Counted from the stretch's first letter, positions 20,826-31,773 are shown. The stretch is DNA of 59,638 bases from Trichomonas gallinae (GCA_008369845.1 MRSU01004800.1:1-59638); one strand, 5' to 3'. Program-made: numbers and translations. The notes: a model not told the origin generated them from the sequence alone.

Positions 20826-21469
20826 ATTATTTATAAAGATAGAATTTAGATTTTTGTTAATTCGATTTGGGGTTTATTTCGCGATCTTTTCATATTTTAG
20901 ATCTACTGATATAGTTATTTCATATTTTTGAAGATAAATCCGAAAACTAGCAAATTTTTAAACTGAAAAAATTAATTTGATCAAATGTTTGATAAAACTC
21001 TAATTCTAAATTCGTGTTAATGCATACTATATCATCAACATATCAAAATATGGGAATCGGCTTCAGGGAAATAATTTTGGTTGGAAAACATCCCGCAAAT
21101 CGCCGAGTGTAATTAAATTCTTGATATAGATTGGGAAATTGATATGTTTCCCGAGTTTATTAGCGTTAATGCTCTATGTTGTTGGAAAATATATCTTATT
21201 CAATCTGAAATATGTTGATATGTAACTCGAGATAATGAAAATATTTTTACATGCCTATAATAAGTAAAATTAAGTTGTGTGGGTGATGGTTTGTGCATTA
21301 TTTGAAATCGGGCCAATATGAAAATAAGTGGATAAAAACGAAATCTATTCAAATTTATAAACAACAACAATAAACAAGGTATATGGGTATCATGAAAGTA
21401 TTATATATCGATGAATCTGAAAATATAATATAAGAGAAAAAACGATAACATGATATAAAATAACCGATC

Positions 21470-22030
21470 TCATATTTTGAGGACTGCTCTGAGGGTGTGA
21501 CCACCTGGAAACTGGTATTCATTATATTTTTCACGACATTCTTTTGCATTTTCTGTGGTTTCGAAAGTTACCAAGAAACCATCATCTAACTGCTGAATTT
21601 CGCGGAATCCTGGTAATTTTGAAACCAAGAGCTTTGGAATTTGCATTGAAACTTTTGGAGGAAATCCCCAAAGTTTAACTGCAGTTGATTCTGGCTCTTC
21701 ATTCTTTTCTTCCTCTTCTTGTGGCTTTGTGGAATATGAGTTATAGAATTCTTCTAGTGATTTCGACTCGTGTTTCGCATATTCGATTTGCAATTCTTTT
21801 CCTAGGAATAGAAAATTATTAAATTGTCTCATAACAATCTCAGCAAACTCTATGTTTGGAAAAGAAACCCACGCCTGGCCTCTAGATTTCCCTTTTCTTG
21901 CATGAATCTCGACCACCGGGGCAACTGATGAAAATAAATAGTACAAATTACGCTTCAAATCTTCGATAGGAACTTTATCGCTCAAATTTCGGACAAACAA
22001 AGTTTGGCTGGGCGCAATGGGAAAAGTCAT
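21470..22030 (-). CDS. U1A/U2B''/SNF-family spliceosomal RRM protein
   Basis: TLFVRNLSDKV..EDLKRNLYYLFS, RGQAWVSF and GKELQIEYAK form the U1A/U2B'' RRM1 signature, followed by a second degenerate RRM. Confidence 0.88.
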   Translation of the reverse strand: MTFPIAPSQTLFVRNLSDKVPIEDLKRNLYYLFSSVAPVVEIHARKGKSRGQAWVSFPNIEFAEIVMRQFNNFLFLGKELQIEYAKHESKSLEEFYNSYSTKPQEEEEKNEEPESTAVKLWGFPPKVSMQIPKLLVSKLPGFREIQQLDDGFLVTFETTENAKECREKYNEYQFPGGHTLRAVLKI

Positions 22031-22079
22031 TGATCTGGCACTTTTATTATTTGACCTAAGATCTATGGATCGTGTTTTT

Positions 22080-22525
22080 GGCTTCCTTTCTGTGTATGGA
22101 TATGATATTTCGCTGTGAAAATGCGAAAAATACCAAATGGCAAAAAAATGCCATGTAAGGTGAAATGGTTTTTTTGGCCTAACAATACTATGGAGAAAAC
22201 TACATAGTTATGCTGTTTTACTTGGTAGTCGTGATTCGCTGGGTTGTAATTACTGTGATATGATAGTAAAATGCTATTTTGCTCATACTTTTAAACCAGT
22301 GGAAATAAATTGCACTGTAATGAGAGGTTTTACATCATCGACTGTGTTAAGTTGTGGCAATTTACCCATATTTTGTAGTAAAAATGGGATTTTATGCGAT
22401 TTTTGAATACGCTGAATTGATCGAGTAGATGCTTCGCTGGCCATTAGAAGCCCATATATCATCTAATGCGCCGTAGTATCATGTGGTTATGTCGTTAAAA
22501 TCCGAATCGAACAGATTTTAAAAAA
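22080..22525. ncRNA. Possible structured non-coding RNA (unassigned)
   Basis: GC is higher than in normal intergenic DNA, there is no intact long ORF, and about eight consecutive stem-loops are visible. No known family signature recognised. Confidence 0.3.
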
Positions 22526-22688
22526 GTCATTTTTATTTAAGAACGTATACTAAAATTAATTGTATATTCGTGAACCCGATACTACGGAGAACATATTGGT
22601 CAATATGAACTCAATTTAATGTTGAATTTAAGATTAAAAAAATTTAAAATCGTAAAGGATAGTTTTACATATATAAGAGCTGTGCTAA

Positions 22689-23090
22689 TTAAAAAAGAAG
22701 CAATGGCTCAGTAGAAAACTCAGACATAAGTTTTCTCATGTCACCGAAGTCATTGAAAAGAGAATCAGTTTCGGTGAAGGTTGGAATTGAGTTGTTTGGA
22801 ATGAAGCTGTTGATCAGATCATCAAACACGTCAATTTCGAATGGATTGAAACCAGAACTTTCAGTCAAGCTGCGAGCATTCTCAAGGTCTGCTGCAGTAG
22901 TGACCTTAATTGGTTGTACCTCATTGATTGTTGTTGGAGCTCTGAGTTCTTCAGTATGGTGAGGGATGATCTGGTTGTCTTGCTTGATAAGCTCGCCTTT
23001 GAAGTTCAATTGGTAGAACTCCTCGACACCATTAAGTTTATAAGTAACCCATGAAGCTTTATTCCTGGAAGCCTTGCGTCCCTTTCCCAT
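22689..23090 (-). CDS. Small hypothetical protein with basic N-terminal domain and acidic/Phe-rich C-terminus
   Basis: ATG at 23090 (MGKGRKASRNKASWVTY...) with strongly biased, coding-like codons. Confidence 0.8.
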   Translation of the reverse strand: MGKGRKASRNKASWVTYKLNGVEEFYQLNFKGELIKQDNQIIPHHTEELRAPTTINEVQPIKVTTAADLENARSLTESSGFNPFEIDVFDDLINSFIPNNSIPTFTETDSLFNDFGDMRKLMSEFSTEPLLLF

Positions 23091-25019
23091 AACAACCAAA
23101 AATGAAATTGATTGTGTTATTTCACAATTGAATTAGTCCGTGAAAATTGAAAAATTAAAAAATCGATAATCGTATTGTATTGCAAGTTGAGAGTATTTTT
23201 GTTTGATTTTATAACAATCATTGTCAAAATATTGCATAAACTACTTTGGTATTAAATTCGATATCCTCAATATGTTGCATCCAATTAGAGCCAATAAATT
23301 CAATATTTATAAATTGAGAGCACCTGTCATTTCCTATCAAAATCTAAAAAATTGAAATAACTTCATATCCATATCCTGAATAAGAATTGAGAATAATTTA
23401 TTATACTCGATTCAAAAGTGACAATATGATTAACGATTTTGTTTATTTATACATAACATCACTAAGGCAAGATGAGAATTTAATATTCACAAAGACAGAA
23501 AAAGTAAATTCATTTTGAAGAAAAAGTAATAAATTCATTATGTTGAAATATATAAAAAAGGAATATCAGAGGGATCAATATAGAAGGATTTGGCCCTTTC
23601 GATTAAGAGTACTTTGTCAATTCCTCATTGTGGCTATAAAAGTTTCGAAATATCCATAATCTTATACTAATCAAGACTCTACAAATCATGCTATATTCGG
23701 CGGCTCAGATTTCACTTCCTTATAACGCAAAACCCAAAGAAAATTCTTTTGAGAGCCCGCCGTACGAATTCAAAATGATTTCTCCTAACAAATATTAATT
23801 AGCGGAAATGATTATATCAGCATTTTTCGTGAAGATATTGTTTCCTAACAATTTTTGAATGGGGAAAATCATGTATCGGCATTTCAGAAATCTGGCATTT
23901 TTATAGTATAATTGCTCTAAACTTTACTCTACATATAAATACATCAATATATCTGATTGTTAAATTGTCACCTTTTGTTCGGTCCTGACACTTTTATAAT
24001 AAAATCAGTTGTCACCTTTCAAAATATTTACGTTCGGTTGTCACTTTTATGGATTTCTTCAGAATGTAAAATCACTTTTTCCCACAATCCCTAGTAACGT
24101 GCTTTCTTTTTATCTCTGGATTCAACCTTGCACCCAATATGCTGTAATGATGAATATATCGATAAAAAATATCGTTAAAAATAACCCGGCTTCCCTTAAT
24201 CTACCACAGCAAATAAAAGAACTATTAAAGCATGCTGTCCTGCACTATATTTTAGTTTCAGATTTGTACACATAAATGGAATCCTAAATCTTCATTCGGA
24301 TTATTTTCCTTCATCTCAAAGAATCCGATCCTTTGAAACTAGTGGTTTTCGCATGTTCCTATCGATATTGTTATAATATCTGGCACACTGTTGTGGTTGA
24401 TGATTATGTTAACGTTATCATTCTCATATTAATCAAGTGTAAGCGCATATTTGTCATCAATCATATATTCTTTAAGATCAACCAAGTATGATTCACCTGT
24501 TTGAATGTATTTATTTCATATTTTTTCTGCATTAATCAAATCGATTATAATGGCACCGAGATATTCTCACGCAAACGTGCCACGATGCATGAATTCGCGT
24601 GTTTTAACATTTAATCATCTTTTTGATTTCGCCACTAATATGAAAAAAATGTGTTTTCGCGCTATGAAATTAAACCATGTTTTTTTGCATGTGCATGTGT
24701 CGCAGGAACAATAATCACTGCATTCTATTATAAGGGGATTGTGAGTATTGAGCTTATATATGTTAATTGTGTCGCAGTGAAAACAAATCGTGTTTATGGT
24801 TTGTATTTCACTTGGAAGTAGTTTGATGCATTGTGTGAATATGCTGAGTGTGTTGCATTTCTTAAACCAATCAGATACTTATAATAACACCTAAGGAAAT
24901 TCAACCTTGTTTTAAAGAAGGGGCTAATTTTACAAACAAGGGGGTGTTTTAGACTATTGATAAGATTGCTTATATAATCAAAGAAATTGATTTCCTGACG
25001 AATGAACCATTTTTTGTTG

Positions 25020-26405
25020 ATGTATGATGAATATAAATTATTTGAAGATCAAGAGCCGCACAATGAACAGAAAAGTATCGATGTAACTGATTATGATATC
25101 GAGTTATGCGATTCTCTATATGAAGCCTTCATGAATGTCGATTTAGAAGAAGCAAATCAATTAATTGATAATGAATTCTTTTATAAGATGATGTATTTAC
25201 TTGCTCAAAATGACGAAAAACACTTTAAAGATCTCGAATTTTTCAGAAAATCACTCGTAATTCGTCAAGAATATCCCGACCATTATAATTTCCTCAAATT
25301 CGACTATGAACAACTTGATACATTTAACAAGGACCAAATGAATGAAATAATTACACCAGAATATTTCGAATATTTGCTGAGTTTTTTGATGTTTAATCCA
25401 GATCCTATAATGAACGAGCAAAACAACTGCTGTTACTACTGTTTATCTATTTTTAGAATCATTATCGATCGTATTGAACCAATTAGAAACACAGATCACA
25501 TATGTAATCTTGTTGCACGATTATTCACCTTATTCGAATGTTTCCAGAGTTCTCACAATGCAAATAGAAAGTCACGAGGCAAAATGATGCCAGACAAAAA
25601 GCGCGTTATTTATCAACTTTTATTTTTAATGGGAGATATAATATTTTTATCATCAAACTCCCTTAAAATGGTCAGACCACCAAGCAATGCATTTAATCTT
25701 GCCGTTTTTTGTGCATCTGCAGATCCAACATTCTTGAAACCAGCAGTTTTTATTTTTATTTGCGCATTAAAAAGCAATGATGATGAATTCAAAGCTGATA
25801 TAGATAGTAATATACTATTCAATATGATTATTGCTCTAATTAATCAAAAAGCAACGCAAGAAGTAGGAGCAACAGCGCTGAGAATTATTTCAGAAGAATT
25901 CCCAGCAATGATGAACGAGTTCGATTTAAATGCAAATGAGATGAATGAGAGCACGGCCCGAGAATTGTCAACAGCCCTATGCAACTACATAGCTAATGTC
26001 CCAGGGGCCGCAAATCGCGTTGCAAATTCCCGTCTCTTTTCAACAATCGGTTTCATCAACGCAAACTTTAAGACCCTCGAAAGCATGAAAAGACTAGTTT
26101 TGATGTTGCTTGAGTGCGAGGAAACTATAGAGTTTGTGTTGGAGAATTACACTGATATTGTAATAGAGTCAATACGCTCTGCAATAGAGAATGATTCGCT
26201 AAACTTTATGTCCGCAATTTCAGCTGCACACAAAGTTTTTAAACTTTGTTGTTTGCCTGGAAAACAGAATATTGCGCATATTAACGATATTCTTCTTGAA
26301 GGGAACATAGTTGAGGATATGTATGACAAGTTTGAAGGTCCAATTCCAGAAAAAATCAAAATAATTCTTGATGATTTTGATGAATACATTGATTTCAAGA
26401 ATTAG
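25020..26405 (+). CDS. Alpha-helical (ARM/HEAT-like) hypothetical protein starting MYDEYK
   Basis: Long ORF of amphipathic helices. ATG 25020 is preferred to 25002 because its first 18 nt match the gene at 236. Confidence 0.8.
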   Translation: MYDEYKLFEDQEPHNEQKSIDVTDYDIELCDSLYEAFMNVDLEEANQLIDNEFFYKMMYLLAQNDEKHFKDLEFFRKSLVIRQEYPDHYNFLKFDYEQLDTFNKDQMNEIITPEYFEYLLSFLMFNPDPIMNEQNNCCYYCLSIFRIIIDRIEPIRNTDHICNLVARLFTLFECFQSSHNANRKSRGKMMPDKKRVIYQLLFLMGDIIFLSSNSLKMVRPPSNAFNLAVFCASADPTFLKPAVFIFICALKSNDDEFKADIDSNILFNMIIALINQKATQEVGATALRIISEEFPAMMNEFDLNANEMNESTARELSTALCNYIANVPGAANRVANSRLFSTIGFINANFKTLESMKRLVLMLLECEETIEFVLENYTDIVIESIRSAIENDSLNFMSAISAAHKVFKLCCLPGKQNIAHINDILLEGNIVEDMYDKFEGPIPEKIKIILDDFDEYIDFKN

Positions 26406-27662
26406 TCATAAAATATATAATGTTTGTTTGTATATATAAAGAATGCATATTAAAAATTATCTCTTTGATGTGAATTATATTGTTTTTCATAATATTATAT
26501 TCTTACTCAACTAACTATTCATCAATAGACTGTCGTGTTTATACTATATATTCATGTTAAATTAGAGACCAATGCTGTGAGTTCATAAAATCAATTTTCA
26601 TTATCAATGAAAATCTTTAAATTAACACGATTTTGTTTGAAATTTGGTACAGTAGATGTAATATAATAATAACATCAGCTGAATTTTGACGATTTAGATG
26701 ATCGACCCTACCGGGTGTATAAATTCACATAAAATGTGCGTATAAATACGATCACACTCGTGATATGGAGTTTCCAATAGTTACCGGACCTATATCAATA
26801 ACAGCATGTGATAAATAAGCTTTTTTTTTCATGTAAATAGAGAAATTTCAGAAATCTTTTATTGCTTTTCGGGTAATTCTCAATGGAAAACCACTCTTTA
26901 AGAGCTAAACTATAATATGTATGTGTTAATTTGCAATAAATGGATAAATCTTGCAATTGATTTGTTGCAATCCACGTCAGCAGACAGTTAAATCGATCAA
27001 TCAATATAACTTCCTCTTAACTACCTATGATGCCATTGAATCTATCTCACAATCATGATTAATCGAGAACGTCAAAAATAAAATATTGTTTAGCAATGAA
27101 TTTATGTTTTTCATCAAGTATAAGGCTGGGACAAGGCATATCTTGACTGATTTTTTCGTTTCAGCATTAAATTAAATAATCGAATTTTTAAAAAAACATA
27201 AAAACATTTTTAATTTTGTACAAAATTCATTATTATTTTGCGATTTTAAAACAGCATCAAGAAAATAAAATACTGATATATAAAAACTACTTGTTCAATA
27301 TAGTTCTATTCTGCTATTATAGAAAATGATTCATTGATATTTTTAAAATTAGATACAATATATTGGATGCTAAATGCCATACATAAATATTATGCCTCTT
27401 GCAACAAATTTGATCACATTAAATAATACAAAAATAGCAAAATTTACATGAAACAAACAGATTTTTTTATTCTAAAACTTTGTATTGAAAATTAGCATAA
27501 TGCTATGACTAGAAATGGGCATATTTTCTTATAGAAAGGATTCAAATCAATCAAATATCAATTTCATATTGAACTTTGGAATTATGTAAATCAATTCGAA
27601 TAGTATATACTTAATTACTATTAGGATGTGGCTGGTGAGAGTAATTGTAGAGTTTTTGATAA

Positions 27663-28340
27663 TTATAGTAAATTCTCAGAAAGTAATAACCTTCTGATGT
27701 TATCCATTGCAAATGGCGATAGAGTTGTAATATCTATTGTGAATGTCGATGAATTTGATGCAGGTATGTATTCACTTGTTCTGATACAATTGTAAACTTT
27801 TTGCATAAGCTCGTCTGAATGAATATTGTGCAGTTGGTATATTATATCTTTAAAATCTTCTTCATTAAATTTCGGTCTTTCGATTGTTTCATTTTCAAAT
27901 GTAAAAACAACATCATCATCTGGATCAATTTTCGGTGCAACTTTCTCACTTGAATTGGGTATTAATTCCACTAATTCTTTCGTGTGAGTAATAAGTCGAT
28001 CTAACGAAATCGAATTTGGTGTTTTATAAACAGTTTTCGGTAAAGAATTATTAAGCGATTCTTGAAGTTCCTGCAACAATGTTTGACATGAAAGTCCAAA
28101 TGGCGTTGTTGGCCCAGAAACTTTTATTAATTCGTTGAAAAGCGTTGTAATGTCTTTAATACAAGCGTCAATATTTTCATATTGATCTAATTCAAGTTTA
28201 TCTTGAATATTTTTGACTGTTAATTTAGATTTTGTTAATAATGAATATTCATCCATTTTAGGTAGTATAACCTGTGCAACAGGGAGATTGATGATATTGT
28301 TGAATATCGTCTGACACATACAACGTGATGAAATATCCAT
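27663..28340 (-). CDS. Degenerate bromodomain protein with ET/NET-like C-terminus
   Basis: LTVKNIQDKLELDQYENIDACIKDITTLFNE...GPTTP matches bromodomain helices A-C. FTIDITTLSPFAMDNIRRLL resembles the BET extra-terminal motif. ATG at 28340. Confidence 0.7.
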   Translation of the reverse strand: MDISSRCMCQTIFNNIINLPVAQVILPKMDEYSLLTKSKLTVKNIQDKLELDQYENIDACIKDITTLFNELIKVSGPTTPFGLSCQTLLQELQESLNNSLPKTVYKTPNSISLDRLITHTKELVELIPNSSEKVAPKIDPDDDVVFTFENETIERPKFNEEDFKDIIYQLHNIHSDELMQKVYNCIRTSEYIPASNSSTFTIDITTLSPFAMDNIRRLLLSENLL

Positions 28341-28407
28341 TTTAAATCGCTGTTTTTTAAAAATGAAATTCAATTTACAAATCAAATTTTACTTTACATG
28401 ACAAATT

Positions 28408-29709
28408 TTAATCAAACCTTTGATCCAAGTTTTCATTATAGAGATTTATTAGATAATTTGCGCAATCTATGTATGTTTTGTCAATATCTTTGTTAGAAAT
28501 ATCAATGAGAGTTTCATACTTGTCTTCGAGATCTACTGCCAAATCATTTTCATCATAATTATTTTTAATAATTCTACTCATTACAGCGTCGGCAATTGTT
28601 TTAAGATTGGGAAGAATTGAATAATCATATTGCACGCATTCAAAAAGATCTGAGATTATATCTGGATCACATGAATGTGTTATAGGATCTGCAACAGTAA
28701 TTAAAGATAATATTTTTTTTTTGGTTTCAATGTTCGTTGTGCGCAAAATATTTGGGATTTTTTCTAAAATTAAGGAACAAATATCATCATTATTCTGCCA
28801 ATTATTTTCATTCTGAATAATAGCAAGTATGGCTTTGCTTAGATGCTCATTTCTGTCATTATCAAAGAATTTATGAATAATTCCTTCAATTATAGATATT
28901 GGTAACTCTAAAGCCTTTGCTAAATCAAGTCCAGCCTCAACATACCTGCTATTTTCTGAATCCAAGAGTTCCCTTAATTTATTCAAAAAACTTAATTTAT
29001 TACTATCATCATCATCTCTTTTCATTATAAGGGCAAAATACTTGTAAGTATATGGTATATTGCGTTCTATTTCTTGATCCATAATTCCTTTCGGTTTCAA
29101 ATCTATTGCTGAATAATGCAGCATAAATTTACTAACAGCATCTACTAGTCGCTTATCCATGTTTTTAGTACCTTCCATCCTAGCGAAAATGTAGTATATA
29201 ATGCATGGAGGAATTCTTGTGAAATCCTCAGGGTTATTAATAGGAAGAATATTTTCGAATTGTTCATAACTGAGGTTGTTATCTTTTGTATATTGTAAAA
29301 TGATTGCAAGAAGTTTAATTGCATAATCTCTTTGTTCAATATCATTACCTATAATAATATTGATTAAATCTTTTGTGTTTTGTATGGAAGAAAGAATACT
29401 ATTGGGATTAAAGCAAGAAAAGAGGTTTTCAGCAACTGTATCTAGGAGTTTCAATACTTTCGTTCGAGAATTTTGCTTTTTCTGAAGAATTGGCCACATT
29501 AAACTAATGTATTTGTATGCAAAACCTGAATTAAGCACTAAAACGTACTTATTTTCAACGACATCTTCAAGAATTTCGAAAATTCTGTCAATAGAGTCAT
29601 TAATATCTTTATCTGTACATCCACTTCGCGTGATTTTTTCCAAAATCATAACAATTTCGACTCTTTTTGCTCTGTATTGAACATATGTGTTAGAATCTGC
29701 TATAGACAT
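28408..29709 (-). CDS. Alpha-helical (ARM/HEAT-like) hypothetical protein
   Basis: 433-aa ORF from ATG 29709 with Leu/Ile-rich amphipathic helices. Confidence 0.78.
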   Translation of the reverse strand: MSIADSNTYVQYRAKRVEIVMILEKITRSGCTDKDINDSIDRIFEILEDVVENKYVLVLNSGFAYKYISLMWPILQKKQNSRTKVLKLLDTVAENLFSCFNPNSILSSIQNTKDLINIIIGNDIEQRDYAIKLLAIILQYTKDNNLSYEQFENILPINNPEDFTRIPPCIIYYIFARMEGTKNMDKRLVDAVSKFMLHYSAIDLKPKGIMDQEIERNIPYTYKYFALIMKRDDDDSNKLSFLNKLRELLDSENSRYVEAGLDLAKALELPISIIEGIIHKFFDNDRNEHLSKAILAIIQNENNWQNNDDICSLILEKIPNILRTTNIETKKKILSLITVADPITHSCDPDIISDLFECVQYDYSILPNLKTIADAVMSRIIKNNYDENDLAVDLEDKYETLIDISNKDIDKTYIDCANYLINLYNENLDQRFD

Positions 29710-29930
29710 GAAAATAAATTTTTCACATTTATGACATGTAAATAGTTTATTCGACAAAAATATACAATCTGCACTTTAGCAACATATGGATTATATTGCT
29801 TTGTCTGTTATTGAGGGATTATTATGTGTGATGTATTATATTGATACTAAGTGGTTGATTGCGATATTTTTGATATCGATACTCTAAACAATAGTTTATA
29901 TTATTTCAATAATAACAAAATAGAAGCATC

Positions 29931-31148
29931 TTACAAAGCTGCTAACATTTTCGATCTACGCTCTAACTTTTGAGGCTCTGCGTAAAATGAACTCAATTCT
30001 TTTGTGATTGTTTGCATGTGAGTAGTACCATTCTTTGTCTGATCTTTTATCCTCTTTGAGATTCTCTTCTTTTGCTTCTTAACGAAATTGATAAATTCAT
30101 CTCTGCTATTTGATGATTGAAGTAATAAATTGAATACTTGTGTGTCTGTTCTGAGGACACATGCTTTATCTTGAAGACCAGTGAATGTTGTTGCGACGAA
30201 TTTTATGGAATAAATTGGGAAGGATGCATAGTATACGATTTTTGGACTATGCGTGACTTTGAGGTGCTCCTGGACAAGCAAGAGAATGTCATTGAATACA
30301 TAGGCCATTCCTTTCTCCGTTTCTCTGCCAGTGGCGTCGAGATATGTTAATTTGTACTGACCGATATATTTGCGACCTGCACGAACAATTTGATAGTAAT
30401 AAGGTGCTTTTGAAACAGATTCTGCTATATTAAAGAGTTGATCTTGATTGGTTTCATCTGATTTTTCTTTATTCATTTCTGCACCGAGTTCAATGAGTTT
30501 CGTGAGGAGTTCTTTGTAAACTTTGTGTTCTTCTTCCATTTCATTTGGTGGAAAATACTTTAAGATTCTTTCGAAGAGACAGCGATAACCAGCAACTCTT
30601 TGAAGTGGCAAAATGAGAAAATCTTCAATAGATCTGCATTTTGCACGCGGATTATAAATGCATCTCGATGAAAATTCGCGCCAAGATTTATGTTTACGAA
30701 GCTTTGCAATAATCGCATCGGAGTTTTCATTAGTTTGTAGATATGCTCGATAAATTGATTGCATTCGCGGCTGTAGTTCTAAGAGTTTGTTTGCAAGATA
30801 AAGGTATTTGTCTTTTGGAGTGAATGGTTGCTTTAAATCCGGTAAAATGTCATCCATGACTTTAAGGATGCCGATTTCATGGCACTCGCGTACCTGAACT
30901 AAATTACCAAATAACGATGCTAGTGTCTTTGCATCGATGAGCGGCTTCTTAGAACTAATCGACTGATCAAGAGGCTTGTAGTAGATCTCATCACATGCAA
31001 GCAAGCCTTCAACAAAATTTCTTTCAGTCTGGATCAATTCTAAGAAAATAGAACGCCTTTTATGGTCCTTTGCCTCTCGCTTGTTCTTGACAATCCGCAT
31101 CACAAAGGCTGTAATGATTCTTTTCGCGCGCGCCTCATTCATACTCAT
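29931..31148 (-). CDS. RhoGEF (DH-PH) protein
   Basis: RRSIFLELIQTERNFVEGL and SIEDFLILPLQRVAGYRCLFERILK (DH domain); YVFNDILLL and SRDEFIN (PH domain). Confidence 0.92.
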   Translation of the reverse strand: MSMNEARAKRIITAFVMRIVKNKREAKDHKRRSIFLELIQTERNFVEGLLACDEIYYKPLDQSISSKKPLIDAKTLASLFGNLVQVRECHEIGILKVMDDILPDLKQPFTPKDKYLYLANKLLELQPRMQSIYRAYLQTNENSDAIIAKLRKHKSWREFSSRCIYNPRAKCRSIEDFLILPLQRVAGYRCLFERILKYFPPNEMEEEHKVYKELLTKLIELGAEMNKEKSDETNQDQLFNIAESVSKAPYYYQIVRAGRKYIGQYKLTYLDATGRETEKGMAYVFNDILLLVQEHLKVTHSPKIVYYASFPIYSIKFVATTFTGLQDKACVLRTDTQVFNLLLQSSNSRDEFINFVKKQKKRISKRIKDQTKNGTTHMQTITKELSSFYAEPQKLERRSKMLAAL

Positions 31149-31773
31149 TTTTATTTATTTTTTTTGATCTTTTGAATCCACTTTTCAAATTTTCGTAAAA
31201 TAAAAGAAATATTGATCATTACAAGTAGCTGTTTAAAATAACGCAAAAATTAAATCCGTCCCATTAATTTTTTGATAATCTCACTTTTCTTCGTTCATAT
31301 GATAAGCATAGCATGTAGATCATGATTACTCAAAAATCAGAATTTCACAACGATATTTATGTACGTTAAAATTATTTTAATATTTTTTATAACATTTGTA
31401 ACTAATTCTTTATTTTTGGATTTTTGTTCGGACGATAAATTTGAAATATGCGAAATGTAAAATAAAATTTGACACATGAAATGTAAAGTGATTCAACGTA
31501 CTTTTTCTTGACAATTAATGCTTGAAAAATAGTTTCGCTACATCATGATATTTTGGCTTGACATTTGTATTAACTATTGCGAAATGCAACAATTTTAGCG
31601 AAGGCTATTGCTCAATTTCGCGTTTTGAGGATTATTGTTTAATTTTTAAAAAATTCGTTGAACCCTCACTTTAATAGCATCTATAGACCCATATGAGATT
31701 AAATATGAAATTAAATTTGACTTATTCTGAAGGATTTATCATCTAATCCCATAGATAAAAATTAAAACTATTT

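Noticed and set aside
21292..21298. AATGCAC on the U1A coding strand as a possible autoregulatory PIE element
   Set aside because: It is a single imperfect copy lying beyond the first TAAA poly(A) signal, with no paired second site.
22065..22466. ATG-initiated Cys-rich frame of 133 codons interrupted only by four TGA codons (possible selenoprotein or recoding)
   Set aside because: Codon usage is unlike neighbouring genes, I recognise no domain or SECIS core, TGA is a normal stop for several genes here, and to my knowledge Trichomonas lacks the selenocysteine machinery. It is likely chance in G/T-rich sequence.
26700..27150. Slightly GC-richer intergenic stretch with protein-like fragments (MEFPIVTGPISITACDK*...FRVILNGKPLFKS*) and a 69-aa minus-strand ORF
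   Set aside because: Multiple stops, no recognisable family and a non-ATG start. It is possibly a decayed gene, but I cannot support that.
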